A stretch of 63,933 nucleotides of DNA, the filler included, from Rhizaria sp. SCN 62-66 (taxonomy: Eukaryota), in assembly GCA_001724265.1 (NCBI GenBank). It is 3 parts of 3 records of this genome, joined end to end, with 100 filler letters (N's around TTAATTAATTAA, not from the genome) between each part and the next. Parts side by side here need not be neighbours in the genome. Positions count along the whole stretch, not along the records: positions 1 to 27,581 come from MEDY01000398.1; 2 more parts are not named here. One strand, 5' to 3'. Below, piece by piece: positions 13,838 to 26,800 of the stretch. Positions within the stretch are counted from its first letter, which is position 1; every line of letters begins with the position of its first letter. A program made the translations under genes and the position numbers. The notes beneath the pieces were generated by a model. That model worked only from the letters and a program-made list of their open reading frames with translations. It was not told the DNA's origin and did not search any database.

Positions 13838-14450
13838 TGCACAGGCGGGCGCTCCAGGGCTACAGCAGCGGGTGGCGCGCGGTGAGAGAACGGGGTAGTT
13901 CAAGGGGAAAAAGGCGAAAAGGCAAGGGCAAAGGGGACCGATCGGGAGGAGTAAGTATAAGACAGGTATAGGGAGTTGAAAAGCAGAAATGAAACGTTGT
14001 ACTAATTCACATATCTAGACGTATTATACCGCGGCGATAACCCAATCAACGGTCACCTGGCGTTACACGAGCCTCGCTTAAATCGGGGGGCAAATAACGA
14101 CTGGTTCTCGGTCAGAGTTCGACAGTCGGACTTAACTTCACGATCCAACCACAAACGCATTTCGACACAATCGAGCCGTTAACGTGACAGGGCTCGGTGG
14201 CGAACAAGAAGGGACTGGCCATGAGGCGCGCCCAGCGGATGATGTTGGGCGATCGAAGACGCTTTTGTGCTCTATAATCTCTCCGTGCTTCTGCAAGTTT
14301 TTCTTTGTTCATATAACTATTTGTTTTGTTATCACTATTTACAAATTGCAACAACATTCTTAGCTCATATATACACTTATCACAACACTTCCAGACCCTC
14401 GTCCTCCCACCCAGCCCCTCGCGCCACCGTCCCGTTTCCCTCGCGGCCCC

Positions 14451-15362
14451 ATGCTCTCGCAGCGCCTCGCCCTTGAGGAAAACGCCTCCGCGCGCCTCCA
14501 GTCCGCGCCCGGGCTTGTGAAACCCACGCTCGGCGCCGCCGCGTCGACCCGCGGCCCCGCCGCCGGCCCGGCCCTGCTCAAGCCCGCAAACCCCAACGCG
14601 CCCGCCGCGTCCGGCCCGACGAAGCTCGGCGCGGCCCCCGCGCGGCGCGCGTTTGGCGAGATCACGGCCAACACGGCCCCCGCGCCCGCCGCGGCGCCCG
14701 CGGGCGGCAAGAAGGGCGTCCTGGCTAAGGCCCCGCCCCCGCAGGCCGAGAGCGCGCCGGTCAAGGCGCAGGTGCAGACGCGGGCGCGCGCCGCACGCGC
14801 AGTCGCCGCGCCGCCCGTGTTTGTCGCAGAGGACTTCGCGACCGTGGAGCTTGTGCACGGCTCGGACGTGTTTCCGATGGCCAACGGCGCTCCTTTCGAG
14901 AGTATGTGAAACAAAACGACTGTGAAATGCATAGCTTCGAACGATATCCCACTGCGAGGTATACTCGTGGTATATCTTGCACTCTGTCGAAGTTTCAGTG
15001 GAATACCTATGATTTATCAATCAATATATGCGAATCTCAAATATGAATCACTTGCATCTCCACCCACGTGATATATCCTCTCTTATGTTCTCTCCATGCT
15101 TCTTTCTTTCTTCTTTTTGTTTTCTTTCCTACCCCGCCCCGCGCTCGCAGCTGGTCTCGACCTCTCCTCCCTCCCCAGCGGCATTGACGGCGCCGCCCTT
15201 GTCGCCGCCGTCAACTCCTTCGCCGCGCCCTTTGCCCTCGATTTCGCGCTGCCCGACTCCGCTGGATCCGGTGTGGGAGCCAACGCCGGCGACAACGCCG
15301 CGGCTGCTGCTGACTCTGGAGTCGAGCTGATCGACTTTGACCTCGCAGAGCTCGACTTCTGA
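14451..15362 (+). CDS. 220-aa D-box-containing disordered protein, possible securin; 2 exons (14451-14901, 15151-15362)
   Basis: D-box-like RRAFGEITAN, basic N-terminal half and acidic C-terminal half. Phase-1 GTATGT...GCAG intron; the stop is TGA. The gene model is solid but the function is inferred. Confidence 0.6.
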
Positions 15363-16055
15363 GCGCGCATCGACACCAAAGTCCAGCAAATTGTGATGAC
15401 GCGCGCAGTCGAGTTGTATCTATAGACTCTATGGACTGGACTGTTTAATCCGTGCTCTTTGCACAGCGCAAAACGAGTCCTGGATGTGAAACTGCGCTGC
15501 GAACCGGGCCAAGCGTGCCAGAGCGTGATATGCGTGTGCACGCGCATTATTTTTGAAGTCACAACACAGCCACAACAATAGCAACAATGCGGCAGGAGAC
15601 CGCAGTTTCTGTTCATGTAAAACGAAACATTGATATCTGTGACTTTTTAAGAGGCGAGTCCGTCATATGAGACCAACACGTGTAATCAACAGGTTGATGA
15701 CCAGCCATGTAGCTTATGCACATGAAACGTGAATGCATTCAGTATTGTTCTTGCAAGGATATACGACAATTTTATTGAACATCTTCATATGTATCAACAT
15801 ACACACTTTTGTTGACACACGTAAACACTCTGAACATACGAATTAGCTATAATGAACCAATGAAACTACTGTATCTGTCTTAAAATGGCCTGTATATACG
15901 CAGCAGTGGCCATAGTCAGTGATATAAATGCTTGAAATTCTCAATGAACTGCAGAAAAAGTGCTCTGTAAGCTTGCTTGCTTGCCCAGGCAAGCCCCTCG
16001 GAGAGCGTCGCGCTAATTGCCGACGGTCACTCACGGTCGCTCACGGCCGCCCAGC

Positions 16056-17525
16056 TCAGTCCCCCTTGCGCTTGCCCGCGCTCCGCACGCTCGCGCTCGC
16101 GCTCGCAGTGCCGTCCGCACTGAGATTGGGGTTCAGGCTGGGGTTGACATGCCGCGCGCCACCGACCGCGGCCCCGATCCATGGCACACGGTTCACCCGG
16201 CCCATCAGCGCCCGCAGCGCGCGCTCCGCCGCCGCGTCGGCCTGGCGGCGCCAGCGCCGGTAAGCCCAGGGCACCGAGAAAGCCACCGCGGTCACCACGA
16301 CGAGCCTGCGGTGGGGTGGGGAGGGCAAGGAGGAAGAGACAAAGTTCATGAAAAGACGGTGAGATAAACATAATTCGAAATGAAACTATATATTTAAAAC
16401 AAACTCGGCAATTTATATACAAACTCTACGTTTTAGATACTTATGTGCACATATGAGCCCGTTTCTGATCGAACGTATGATGAACGTACATGGTGGTTGC
16501 GGTGACGAGCGCGCCGACGGATGCGAGCGCGAGCGCAGCCACCGCGACGAGCAGCGTGAGCCACGGCCGCTGGCAGCGCAGAACCTCGAGCGCCCACGCG
16601 GCGACGACGTTGACGGCCTCGGCCGTGGGGTGGAGGATGTCGGCGACACGGTCGTGGGCGATGAAGGAGCCGCCGCCGGAGACGCCGGAGCCGCCAGAGC
16701 TGAGCATGGGATGGGAGTAGAAAGTGTCGGAGGGGACAGGGACACCCTGGAAGAGGCAGATAGCGCGCATGAGGTGGATGTAGACCACGCAGACGACGAT
16801 CTGCAGCAGCACGATGTAGCTACGAGCGGGTATAGGTTAAGAGCAACAGACGCAGTGCAGCGTGTAACAAGACGCAAATTGAAGATCAGATGTGTGTTGA
16901 CAAGATTATGAAGTGTGCATATAGATAAAACGCGAGTATAATACGGAGAATTATCACGATCGTGTTGTGGTAAAACAAAAACAACATGTAGCGACGTATA
17001 TGTAGTCTACTGTTCGGTTTTGGTGTTATTCAATGTGACGTACCTGAGGAGCATGACGACTGTGAAGCCTGCATAAGTGGTAAGATAGGCAAACAGAAAC
17101 ACGGAGAGGACAAAGAAGAACGACGAGAGGGGGCGCTCCCAGTATATCAGTTGCGCGACTGCGCAACAAGAGTGCCACAACACAGACGGCAGCAGAGTAA
17201 GAGAGTCCAGTGGCAAAAGTAAGGAGTAGAATAGTTAAGCATGTGAGTAGATGAGCGCGTGCGAACGCAGAATGGACATTGAAGCATAACAATTAGAATA
17301 TTTTCAATGCAAAAATAGCAAAATCAAGCACTCACAAGTTTGAGTCACAATGCTACTGTGTCCAAAATGCGATGTGCAAGTGAAGTGTTACGTACTGCGG
17401 TTGGTGATCACTGCGGGGTTGATTTGCATCTCCAGATCAGCAGCTGTCGTCATGCCGGGCGCGCCAGAGAAGCCGCCAACACCGTTGCCGCTGGGCACGG
17501 ACAGCCCCGCGTACGAGGGATACAT
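16056..17525 (-). CDS. Reticulon-family ER membrane protein; 4 exons (17525-17396, 17158-17044, 16819-16490, 16305-16056)
   Basis: Spliced product has the reticulon signature IAQLIYWERPLSS followed by two long hydrophobic segments and FSVPWAYRR, and ends in the KxKxx ER-retrieval motif KRKGD. All three donors are GTACGT and phases are consistent; the stop is TGA. Confidence 0.85.
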
Positions 17526-18457
17526 GAGGCCAACTCAGGGAGAAACAGGGCGAGGCCGAGGGGTGGTTGAAAGAAATGCTAATGGGATGAAGCAAAATAT
17601 GTACAGGATCGTTTGATGAGGTCGGGTGATATCATACTTTAAGGGCCGTTTAAAAAGCCAACTATTGTTTTACGTGCAAGGCAGAAAAGTGAATTAACGG
17701 AGAACTCAATGAGAACGGCACATCAAATCGGAAGCGTCGTCGTCGTCCACCGGTCTGGAGAGTCAATCGTCCAAACCAACGACAAATGTGGCGATGTCTC
17801 AACACAATAGTTGTCTCACGCAGCGTTGACTTGACATAATGTCGGATAGTGTCAATTATACCGGCGATACAAACTTTTAATGCTTGAAAATGTGTATATC
17901 GATGGTGTTCTAGTGGAATCTGGATTGCTGAGTCGTCTGGTGACCGTGAGCGGCCGGATTCCCACGGTCGCGGCCTAATTTGAGATCGCTCGTGGTTAAA
18001 ACTTCCGAGGCACTTTTTGAAACTAGCTGTCCTCAGACGAGCACCCCAATAATTAAATATTTAGTTCATGCTATAATATATTTGTATGTTGAAGGGTTTG
18101 GCTTCCTATCGGTCGGTCTTGTCGCAAAACGCGTCGAAATGTCGCCTCTCGACTCCCTGACTGGGACGAGCCTCAGTCCCCTCTTTGCACAGACTATCTC
18201 GCCAACCCTTCCTCAAATTGCGATTTCTGACCGTCTACTGATTTTTTACTCACATTGACTCTGCCTTTTATGCGGTTTTTTTGCGCTCGAAGGATATCTT
18301 CCTAACTTTCTACCCGGACCCGCCCACAGTCCCCCCACCACAGTCACACCCCTCCCTCACCCAGCCCTTTCACGCCTTCCCGCGCCTCGCCCCGCTCCCC
18401 GCGCGCGCCGCCGCCCCCTCCCAGCCTTTCCCCACGCGTCCTGCTCCGCGTGCGGCG

Positions 18458-21400
18458 ATGTCGCTCCTATCTGCGGCCGCGCCCCTGCCGCCCGCCCCCG
18501 GCCCGGCCCCCGCGTCCGCCCATCTGGACACCACGTCGGGCTCGTCGTCTCCGGCCTCTGGCGCAGCCCCCGCCGGCCCCGCGCCCGCCCCCGCCGCCCC
18601 GCGCGCGCCCGACGTCTGCGGCTACACCTCCACGGCCTCGGCGGCCTGCGCCGACGCCGCCCTGTCCTCCTCTGCGACGGCGTGCGGCCTCCCCGTGAGC
18701 TGTGCCAACGTGTGCGCCAAGGGAGCTGCTGCCGTAGCTCCCGCTGTGGTGGCGGCGACGGGGCTCAGCGCGGCGCCCTCGCTCGACGCGCCCTGCCCCT
18801 CGGCCTCGTCGCTCGACGGCCAGACCGCGCTGGACCCCGGCGCCGCCGCGGGCTCAAACGCTGGCTCAAGCGCGGGCGAGCCGTCCAATGCCGCGCCGCC
18901 GCCGCCGCCGTCGCCCGACAGCGACCACGACAACGGACTCGCGACGGACTCCGCCGCTGCGAGCGCCCGCGTGTAGCCTAATCAGCCCCACCAGCAACAG
19001 CAGCAGCAGATGCCGGCGATGGTGCCGATGGCAGCCGCGGTCGCCGTGTCCGCCTCGTCCTCGGAGGCGTCATCAACGGCGTCCTCCACCTCCGACGCTG
19101 AAGCCGAGACTGAGACGGAGAACGTGGTGAACGTGAACACGTCCCCCAGCGCCAGTGGCGCCAGTGCGGCCAGTGCGGCTGCGGCGCCTGAGGGCAGCTC
19201 TGTCCAGTCCCAGGCCCAGAGTGCGAGTATGGCGACTGCGAGTATAGGTCCCGCGTCACCTGGCGCCGCCGCCGCCGCCGCCGGTGCGGTGGGCACATAG
19301 CCGCCGACGCCGCAGCGCCCGCGCGCGCCCGCCGCCGCCCCCGGCGCGCCCCTCGCGCCCCGCCAGTCCTTCACCCAGCCACAGTCTCAGTCTCTAGCCC
19401 AATCGCAACCGCACTCTCAGCAATCTCAGTCTGAGTCTATTGAGCAGTCACCGCCCGCGACTACGGCCGCGACCTCGGCCTCGACCGCGACTGCGGCTTC
19501 GGCTGTGTCTGCTTTGCCGTCACTGCCGGCCTCGCCGTCGCCCGTTGCGGCCGACTCTGCCGTCACGACCGCGGCCACTGACGCTGGCGCTGGCGCTGGC
19601 GCTGGCACTGGCGGTGCGACGATGGCGATGGGCGACGGCGACGACAGTGGTGTCGTGTATGATGACAACAGCAGCAACATCAACAACAATCACAATAAGA
19701 GCACTGACACCGCTTTCTATAGTAACAACAACTTGGACGTCCACAACTTCGCCGGTGCCACTGCGCCTGCGCCTGCGCCTGCGCCGAGCGCTGCTGCTGC
19801 TGCGCCGCAGAGCAGCGCCAACGGCAGCCTGGCTGCCCCGGCCGACAGCGGGGCGGCCCCGGCGACCCACGGTCCCCCCGTGCCTATGGCCCCGGCGGCC
19901 CCCGTGACCGTGGCCATGACCGACGACGGCGACACGACCAGCAGCTCACAGTCCTGCTCACAGTCGCTGCCACACACTCAGTCCGTTGACTCCTACTCGC
20001 AGTCTCCACTGTCACAGACCGCGACTGATACACAGGCTTCGCAGTCGCTCTCTGCGCCGGCGGTGCAGCGACCCATGCCCTCTGCCTCCGGCTTCGCACC
20101 CGCCGGACCCGCAGCGGCAGCGGCAGCGGGAGTGACCGTGAGCAGCCCCGCAGAGACTGCGACAGCGGCCGCGGCCCCCCAGTCGGTGGCCCCGCAGCCC
20201 GCGCCCTCGCCGTCAGCGCCTTCGCAGTCAGCGCCCCCGCAGTCCGTGCGGCGCGAGCGGTCGTCGCGCATCGCCGCCCAGTCCCTGTCCCCGCCGCCGG
20301 CGTACATGTCCTACGCCACCACCTCCGCGCTCGCCAACGCCGCCAACAACGCTCATCCCGCCAACAACAGCGCTAGAAGCGGTGGCGGCGACATGCTCGA
20401 CGCCGTGGCTGCGGTCGCCGGCGGCAGCGTAGCCGGCCATGTCTCCAACAACAACAACAGCAACGGCCACGCGGGCGTGGGGGCGAGCCCCCGCCTGGCC
20501 GCGGCGGCCGCGCAGCAGCCGGGCGCCGCCGTCTCCCCGGCCCCCGCCCCCACACTATCGGGCGCCATGTGCCGCGCCGCGCTCCGCGCCGAGCAGCAGG
20601 CGCTTGCGCTCTCCTCGGCCGCCGCCTCCCGCGTCGCCCCCACAATGCCCCGCGCAGCCGCCGCCTCCGCAGCTGCAGCAGCCGCAGCAGCAGCGGCTGC
20701 GGCGGCTGCAGCGGCTGCAATGCCAGCGAGCCCCGCCCGTTCAGCCTCCGCGGCCGCCGCCGTGTCGATGCCAGTGCCGGTGCCAGCCGCTGTGGCGGCT
20801 GCCCAGAGCTCCCCTGGCGCGGCCTCAGGAGCGACTCTGGGCTCCCCTTCTGCCGCCACGGCGAGCGCGAGTGCGAGCGGAGCCCCTTTGGCGACCCAGC
20901 GCATGCGCCGGTCTGCCGGCAGCCTCAACTACAAGCTCCTCAGCTCCGGGGGCGCTGCCGCCGCCTCGGCCGCCGCCGCCGTCGCCGCCGCCACCACGGC
21001 GACTGCGGCCGGGACAACGGACGACTCCGGCTGTGTGAGCTCCGTGGCCACAGAGCTCGACCAGGCGCAGTCTATTGACCGTAACGCTGGCGTCAGCTGC
21101 GTGGGCTCGCCCGCCGCGCTGCCACAGTCAAACTCGGCCGCAGCGTCCCTGGCGGCGGGCTACTATGGCGGCCATGTGGGCAGCGGCGGGGGCAACGCGG
21201 CGTCGACCCCTGGGCTGACCGCGCTCTCAGCGCTCCCCATGCAAAACTCCCTCGCTACGGCGGCGGCGGCGGGCTACTCCGCAGTCTATGGGAGTGCCGC
21301 TGCCGCTGCGCTACCAGGCTCGGCCTCGCTCCCGGTCTCACTGCCCTCCAACGCAGTCGGCTACGCCACCTCTGGCGCTAACTATGGCGCTGACTCTGGG

Positions 21401-24400
21401 CTCCCAGGCTCGGTCCCCGGCTCCGTGCCAGGCTCGGTAATGCTCTCGGCCGGCGCCTCACCGTTCCCCCTGCTCCCGGCCACCAGTGCGTTCGCTGCGC
21501 AGTTAAACAACAACAGCAACAACGGTAACGGTAGCAGTGGCACCGCTGGCGTTGCGGGCGTCATGTCGCCCGCCTCCCTGCCGTCCTCCGCGGCCTCGTT
21601 CCCGGCTCCCAACCTCCCCGCTGCTCACGGTCATCTGCCCGCAGCGCCCACTGCCGCCGCCGCGCCATCGTCGGCGGCGTCCAAGGGCCGCGGCAAGGCC
21701 GGCACGAGCAGCAGCAAGAAGGGCGGCTCGAGCAAGGCCGCCACTGCTGGTGGCAGCGCGAGCGCGGGCAAGGGGTCTCTGTCGGCCGCCACCGCCGCCG
21801 CCGCCGTTTCCGGCGCCAACGGCAACGGCACCGGCAACGGCGGTAGTGGAAATGGTAAGACTGCTGCGCTGCGCGGACTGAGCATCCACCCGCCCACCCC
21901 CTCGGCCTCCAACATGATCACGGGCGCAGGTGGCGCGGGCAGCTCGTCGTTCTTCTCCTCCCTGTCGCTGTCCCCAGTGCCCTCGAGCTCCAGCGTGGGA
22001 GGGACCTCTGGCGCGCCGCTGCCGGCGCTGGCGCTGGTGGCCACCTCGCCCTCGCTCTCGCTCTCCTACTCCTACTCGCACTCGCAGGCTCACTCCCAGG
22101 GCGTCGCCCCGTCGGGCACGCTCCTCCCCGCGCTCACCCCGGCCTCCGCGGCCAGCGCGCAGCCGGTGACGACGACTGCGACGGCGATTGTGGAGACGCC
22201 GGAGGTCCGCCGCGTGCCGGTGCTGGGCCCGGTCCACTCGAACCCCCGGTGCCCGACCGCGATCGCGTCCGTCGCCACGGTCAGCGCGCCGCTCGCCGCG
22301 CAGCAGCACGTCCCCGCCGCCGCCGCCGCAGCAGCAGCAGCAGCAGCGGACTTGGCCGACAGCGGCGCCGCCACTGCCGCCCCGGGCGCTGTGACGGCGA
22401 CAGTCAGTGCGACGGGCGCTGCCGTGCGCTCCTCGGCGCCCCCGCGCACCGAGGACGCGCTCTACCGCGACTGGGTCACCGCCCCCGCCGTCGTCGCGGC
22501 GCTCGCGGCCAAGGGCGGCTGGGTCCACGACCGGCGCCACCTCCTCGCCCGCCGCGCGCGCTGTCAGCCCGCCTCTGCGACCGCGGCCGCCACGCTCGCC
22601 GCCGCGCCGCGCGTCGTCGTCGTCCCGGTCCCGCCGCCGCCGCTGCCCGCCGCGGTCGCCAGCGCTAACGCCGCCGCCGCCACTGCCGCCGCCACGGCCG
22701 CGCAGGCCCAGGAGGCGCTCGCCGCCGCCATCCAGCAGCAGGCGGGCAGCAAGAACAACTCAAACAGCAGCAACAGCAACAGCAGCAATAGTACCAGCGC
22801 GAGCAGCAGCAACAATAGCAGTGTGAGCAAAAAGGTCGCCGCTGCGACCGCGGCCGCCCACGCCGCCGCGGCCGCCGCCGAGGCCGCCGCGGTCCACGCC
22901 GCCAGCGTCGTCGCCGCCGCCAACGCGGCCGGTACGGCGGGCAGCGCCGCGACCGCGGTGCCCGTGTCCGTGGTGCTGACGGGAGGCGCGGCCGCCAGCA
23001 GGGCCCTCGCGGCCGTCGCCGCCGTCGCGGCCGAGGCGCGGGCCGCGGAAGACGCCGCCGAGGCCGACGCCCTTGCCGCTGCCGCTGACGCCGCTGGCGT
23101 GACTAGCGAGGTGACCGGGAACGTGGCGGTGTACGGGGAAGCGTGGGATGTGCTGCCGACGCACAGGGAGCTGCGCCTCGCGGCGCGGGCACACCGCCGC
23201 GCCGCCCGCCTCGCCGCCGCCAGCGCCGCTGCTGCTGCTGCTGCAACCACTGACGGTACGCTGGTGATGAGTGATTGTGCGAGTACCAGTGCCGGTACCG
23301 GTGAGGTCAAGAGTGAGTTGGCCGGTGCTCTTCCTATGGGCATGACCGACTGCGACCGTGACGCCGCCACTGCCCCCGCCGCCACTGCTGCGCCTGCCTC
23401 TGCTGCCCCTGCTGTTGCTGCTGCCTCTCAGGCCGAGGTCAAGCAAGAGCAAGAGCAGATCACGCTTGACTACACCAGTGTTAAGACTGAGGCCACTGAG
23501 GCCGCGACTGCCCCTGTTGTTGTCGGCACTGCGACTGCGCTGCCGCTGGAGCCCAGTGAGCTCAAGGCTGAGCCCAGCTCCTCCTCTGCCATCGGCAGTG
23601 TGAATGCGGTCCTCACCAGCCCCGTCCCGAGCCCCACAGAGCCTTTCCCTCCGGTCTCCAACGCCGCGCCCACGGCCAGTATTGCTGCCACTGCCCCTGG
23701 GACGGCGGCGGCGACTGCAGTCAAGTCCGAGACCGCGACCCCTCGGTCTGCTGCCGACCAAGTCGAGGACGACAACGACGACGCCGACGAGGAAGAGGAG
23801 GAGGAGCGCACGGACGACCTGTTCTACCAGCAGCTGCACATCCGCGACGAGGCGCGCCTGCAGACCGAGTGGGACGCCATCCTCCTCAAGCACGGCCTCG
23901 CCCAGCCCCCGCAGCCGCAGCCCGCCACTGCCCCCGCGGCCAACGGCCCCAGCGCCAGCGCTAGCGCCGGCGCGGGGCGCGTGGCGGCCGTCGCGACCGC
24001 TGCCGGCAAGGCCACAGGCCGCAGCGCTCCCGCCGCCGCCTCTGCGGCCACTGCCGCAACGGGGGGCAGCGCTGCCGCGGGCGCGGGGTCGCGGCCTGCG
24101 TCGCGCCCTGGCTCGGCCAAGGCCAAGGCGTCCCCCGCGTACTCGCGCCCGCCCTCAGCCTCCGCCTCCGCTAACTCCGGCTCTATCGCTGCGGCTGCGG
24201 CTGGCACTGCCGCGGCCAACTCTGCCGCCCCCGGTGCCGGTGTCGGTGCTGGCGCTGTGACCACTGTGGTCCCAGCGGGCTCTGGCGGCGTCCGGTTCTC
24301 AGCCGTGCCCGCCGCGCCCCTCTTCAGCGCCACCAGCCCCCCCAGCGGCGGCAGCAATGGCTACAATAGCTACAATGGCTACGGTGGCTACAGTGGGAGC

Positions 24401-24650
24401 GGCAGCGCGGCGCAGCAACACCGTGCGCTGACGCGGCCCTCGACGCCGCGGCCTATGGTCGACCTCGACCCCCTGCCCACGGTCACTAGCCTGCCCACAG
24501 TCGCTGGATGCGCCGCTGTGGACACCGAGCCCACGGTCCCTCTGCCGTTCACTGCGCCAGTGTCCGCGCCTGTGGCTGGGGCGGATGCGGTGCTCTCAGT
24601 GACGACGAGCACCGCGACCACCGAGACCGAGGGCTCCAGCTCCAGCGCCT

Positions 24651-24711
<61 letters not shown>

Positions 24712-26092
24712 CTCTGTGACCCCCGCACCAACGCAGACGCAGACTGAGTTGGCCCCGGTCGCGGGTGCGCCCGTGCTCGACTCGGCCACGGGGAGCCCTG
24801 TGTCCACCGACCAATCCCCCGCCTCTGCGAGCGACTCAACTGGAGCGGCGACTGGGACCGCCGCCTCACTCCCCGCGACTGCTGCAGCAGCAGCAGCTCC
24901 TGCCCCTGTGGCCGCAGCCTCATCCTCATCCTCATCGACCGCAGCGACTGCGAAGGCGACGGCAACTAATGCCCCGCCACAGACTGTGCCCCCGTCGACG
25001 ACGATGGTGTGGTCCGGCATCACGGAGCCCTGGCCGTCGCCGGCCTGGGTCTACAACTACCGCGTTTCGCCGCCCTTCGCCGCGCCCTTCCTCTTCCCGC
25101 CGCACTACATCCGCCCCGCGCACATGCTGCCCTCGGCGCAGCTCCTCGCGCGCCTACAGGCCCTCCACGCGCACTCCTCCTCTGCCGCAGCCGCAGCCGC
25201 AGCCGCAGCCGCTGCCGCCGCCGGTGCGACCGCACCGTCCACCGGCACACAGTCCGCGGCGGCCGCATCTCAGTCCGCGCTGGCGGCCTCGGCGGCCTCA
25301 GCGGCGGCGGCGGCGCAGGCCTCGCTGGCCGCGGCGGTAACCCAGGCCGCGGCCATGGGCGTCTCGCTCGTCCTCCCTGGCGGGCCCGTCGCGGCGCACA
25401 CCGCGGCGCCCGGAGCGAACACCAACGGATGCGCTGGCTCCGCCGTGTCCGGTGACGCGGCCGCAACCGCCGCGACCTCTGCGGCGACTGCGGCGGCGGG
25501 CAAGGCAGGCAGCAGCGGTAACGGCCACGGCACGCGCTCTGCTTCGTCTACGGCGTCGGCGTCTTCTGCGGTCGCGGCGTCCCCATCCAGCCTTAACACG
25601 CGCCGCAAGCGCGCCGCCGACGGCGACTCCTCTGCGGCGGCCAACGGTGACGACGACGGCGACATTGACAATGACAACGACGCCGGTGACACAGGCGTGG
25701 CCGGCGCGCGTTGCCACCGCCGCGGCGGCTCTGGCACTACGCCCTCCAAGGCTTTGTCAAACAGCAGCACTAGCAACAAGTCGACTCCTGCCAAGAGCAC
25801 TGCGACTGGCAAGCGCAAGGGCGCCTCGTCCTCCAGCAACAGCAACAGCAACAGCAGCAGTTCCTCGAACAACACGGCTGCAAACGCCAACTCTGGTGCG
25901 AACGGCAGCGGCAACGGGAACGGTATGATGCCGCCGCAGATGATGGCCGCCATGCAGGCGCAGATGGCTGCAATGGCGCGCTCTATGGGCATGACGATGT
26001 CGTTCCCCGGCGCCGACGCGGCCAACGCCAGCAGCGGCGGCAGCAAGGGAAGCAAGAGCAGCTCCAACAGCAAGGGCAAGCAGAGTCAAAGT

Positions 26093-26129
<37 letters not shown>

Positions 26130-26800
26130 TGCAGCAAGGCATGATGATGTCTCCGGCGATGATGGCGCAGTGGATGCAGCAGATGCAGCACATGCAGCAG
26201 CAGATGCAGCAGCAAATGGGCTGGACCGCGTCGTCACAGTCGTCTGGCTCTGAGATGACAGAGCAGCAGCAGCAGCTCATGCAGCAGCAGCAGATGCAGA
26301 TGATGATGATGACTATGGGCGGCATGAACATGGGCAATAACATGGGTATGCACAACATGAACATGATGAACGGCCATGGAAACGGCAACGGAAGCAGCAA
26401 TGCTAGCAAGAACACTTCTGGCATGGCCAACTGCTTTCCTGTCGCGCAGCCGTCTCCGTCCCCCACCGCCTCGTCACATTCGCAGCAAGCGCAGTCGCAG
26501 TGTCCCCCCTCTCAGTACGGCTACCCGTCGGCGCAGCAGTGCCTGACCCCGCAGCAGCAGCAGCAGCAGCAGCAGCAGCCGATGATGACGATGTCGCCGC
26601 GGTCGCCCTCTCACGGCCATGGCCAGTCCGGGGGCTCGCCGTTTACCGGCGGCGAGACCAAGCGCCGCCGCTCACTGGCATATGGCGCGGACGGCAACGG
26701 CAACGCCGATGATGATGATGACGACGACGACGGCGGCGACGGCGCGGAGCACAAGGGCCGCGGCAAGCGCGCTGGCGCCGCCACTAACAGCAAGGTCTAA
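18458..26800 (+). CDS. 2780-aa low-complexity nuclear protein with a split PEHE-like motif (MSL1/KANSL1-like); contains two in-frame TAG codons (18974, 19298)
   Basis: Track ORFs 18281-18976, 19010-19300 and 19505-26800 share one frame and are separated only by TAG codons, with coding-like sequence across both junctions. Motifs IVETPEVRR and EERTDDLFYQQLHIRDEARLQTEW; Q/M-rich C-terminus; ends in TAA. Confidence 0.7.
24653..24715 (+). repeat. (TCTGGC)n coding microsatellite encoding an (SG)10 tract
   Basis: Perfect tandem hexamer visible in the sequence. Confidence 0.95.

Noticed and set aside
18971-18985. 15-nt micro-intron GTGTAGCCTAATCAG, or a 330-nt intron 18971-19300, removing the TAG(s)
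   Set aside because: The donor GTGTAG does not fit the GTRCGT consensus, all supported introns are 122-277 nt, and the enclosed DNA is coding-like with no pyrimidine tract. Not formally excluded without RNA data.
18974-19300. Pyrrolysine or selenocysteine insertion as the explanation for the in-frame stops
   Set aside because: Selenocysteine uses UGA and pyrrolysine is not known in eukaryotes. The TAG sites lie in non-catalytic, mostly low-complexity contexts.
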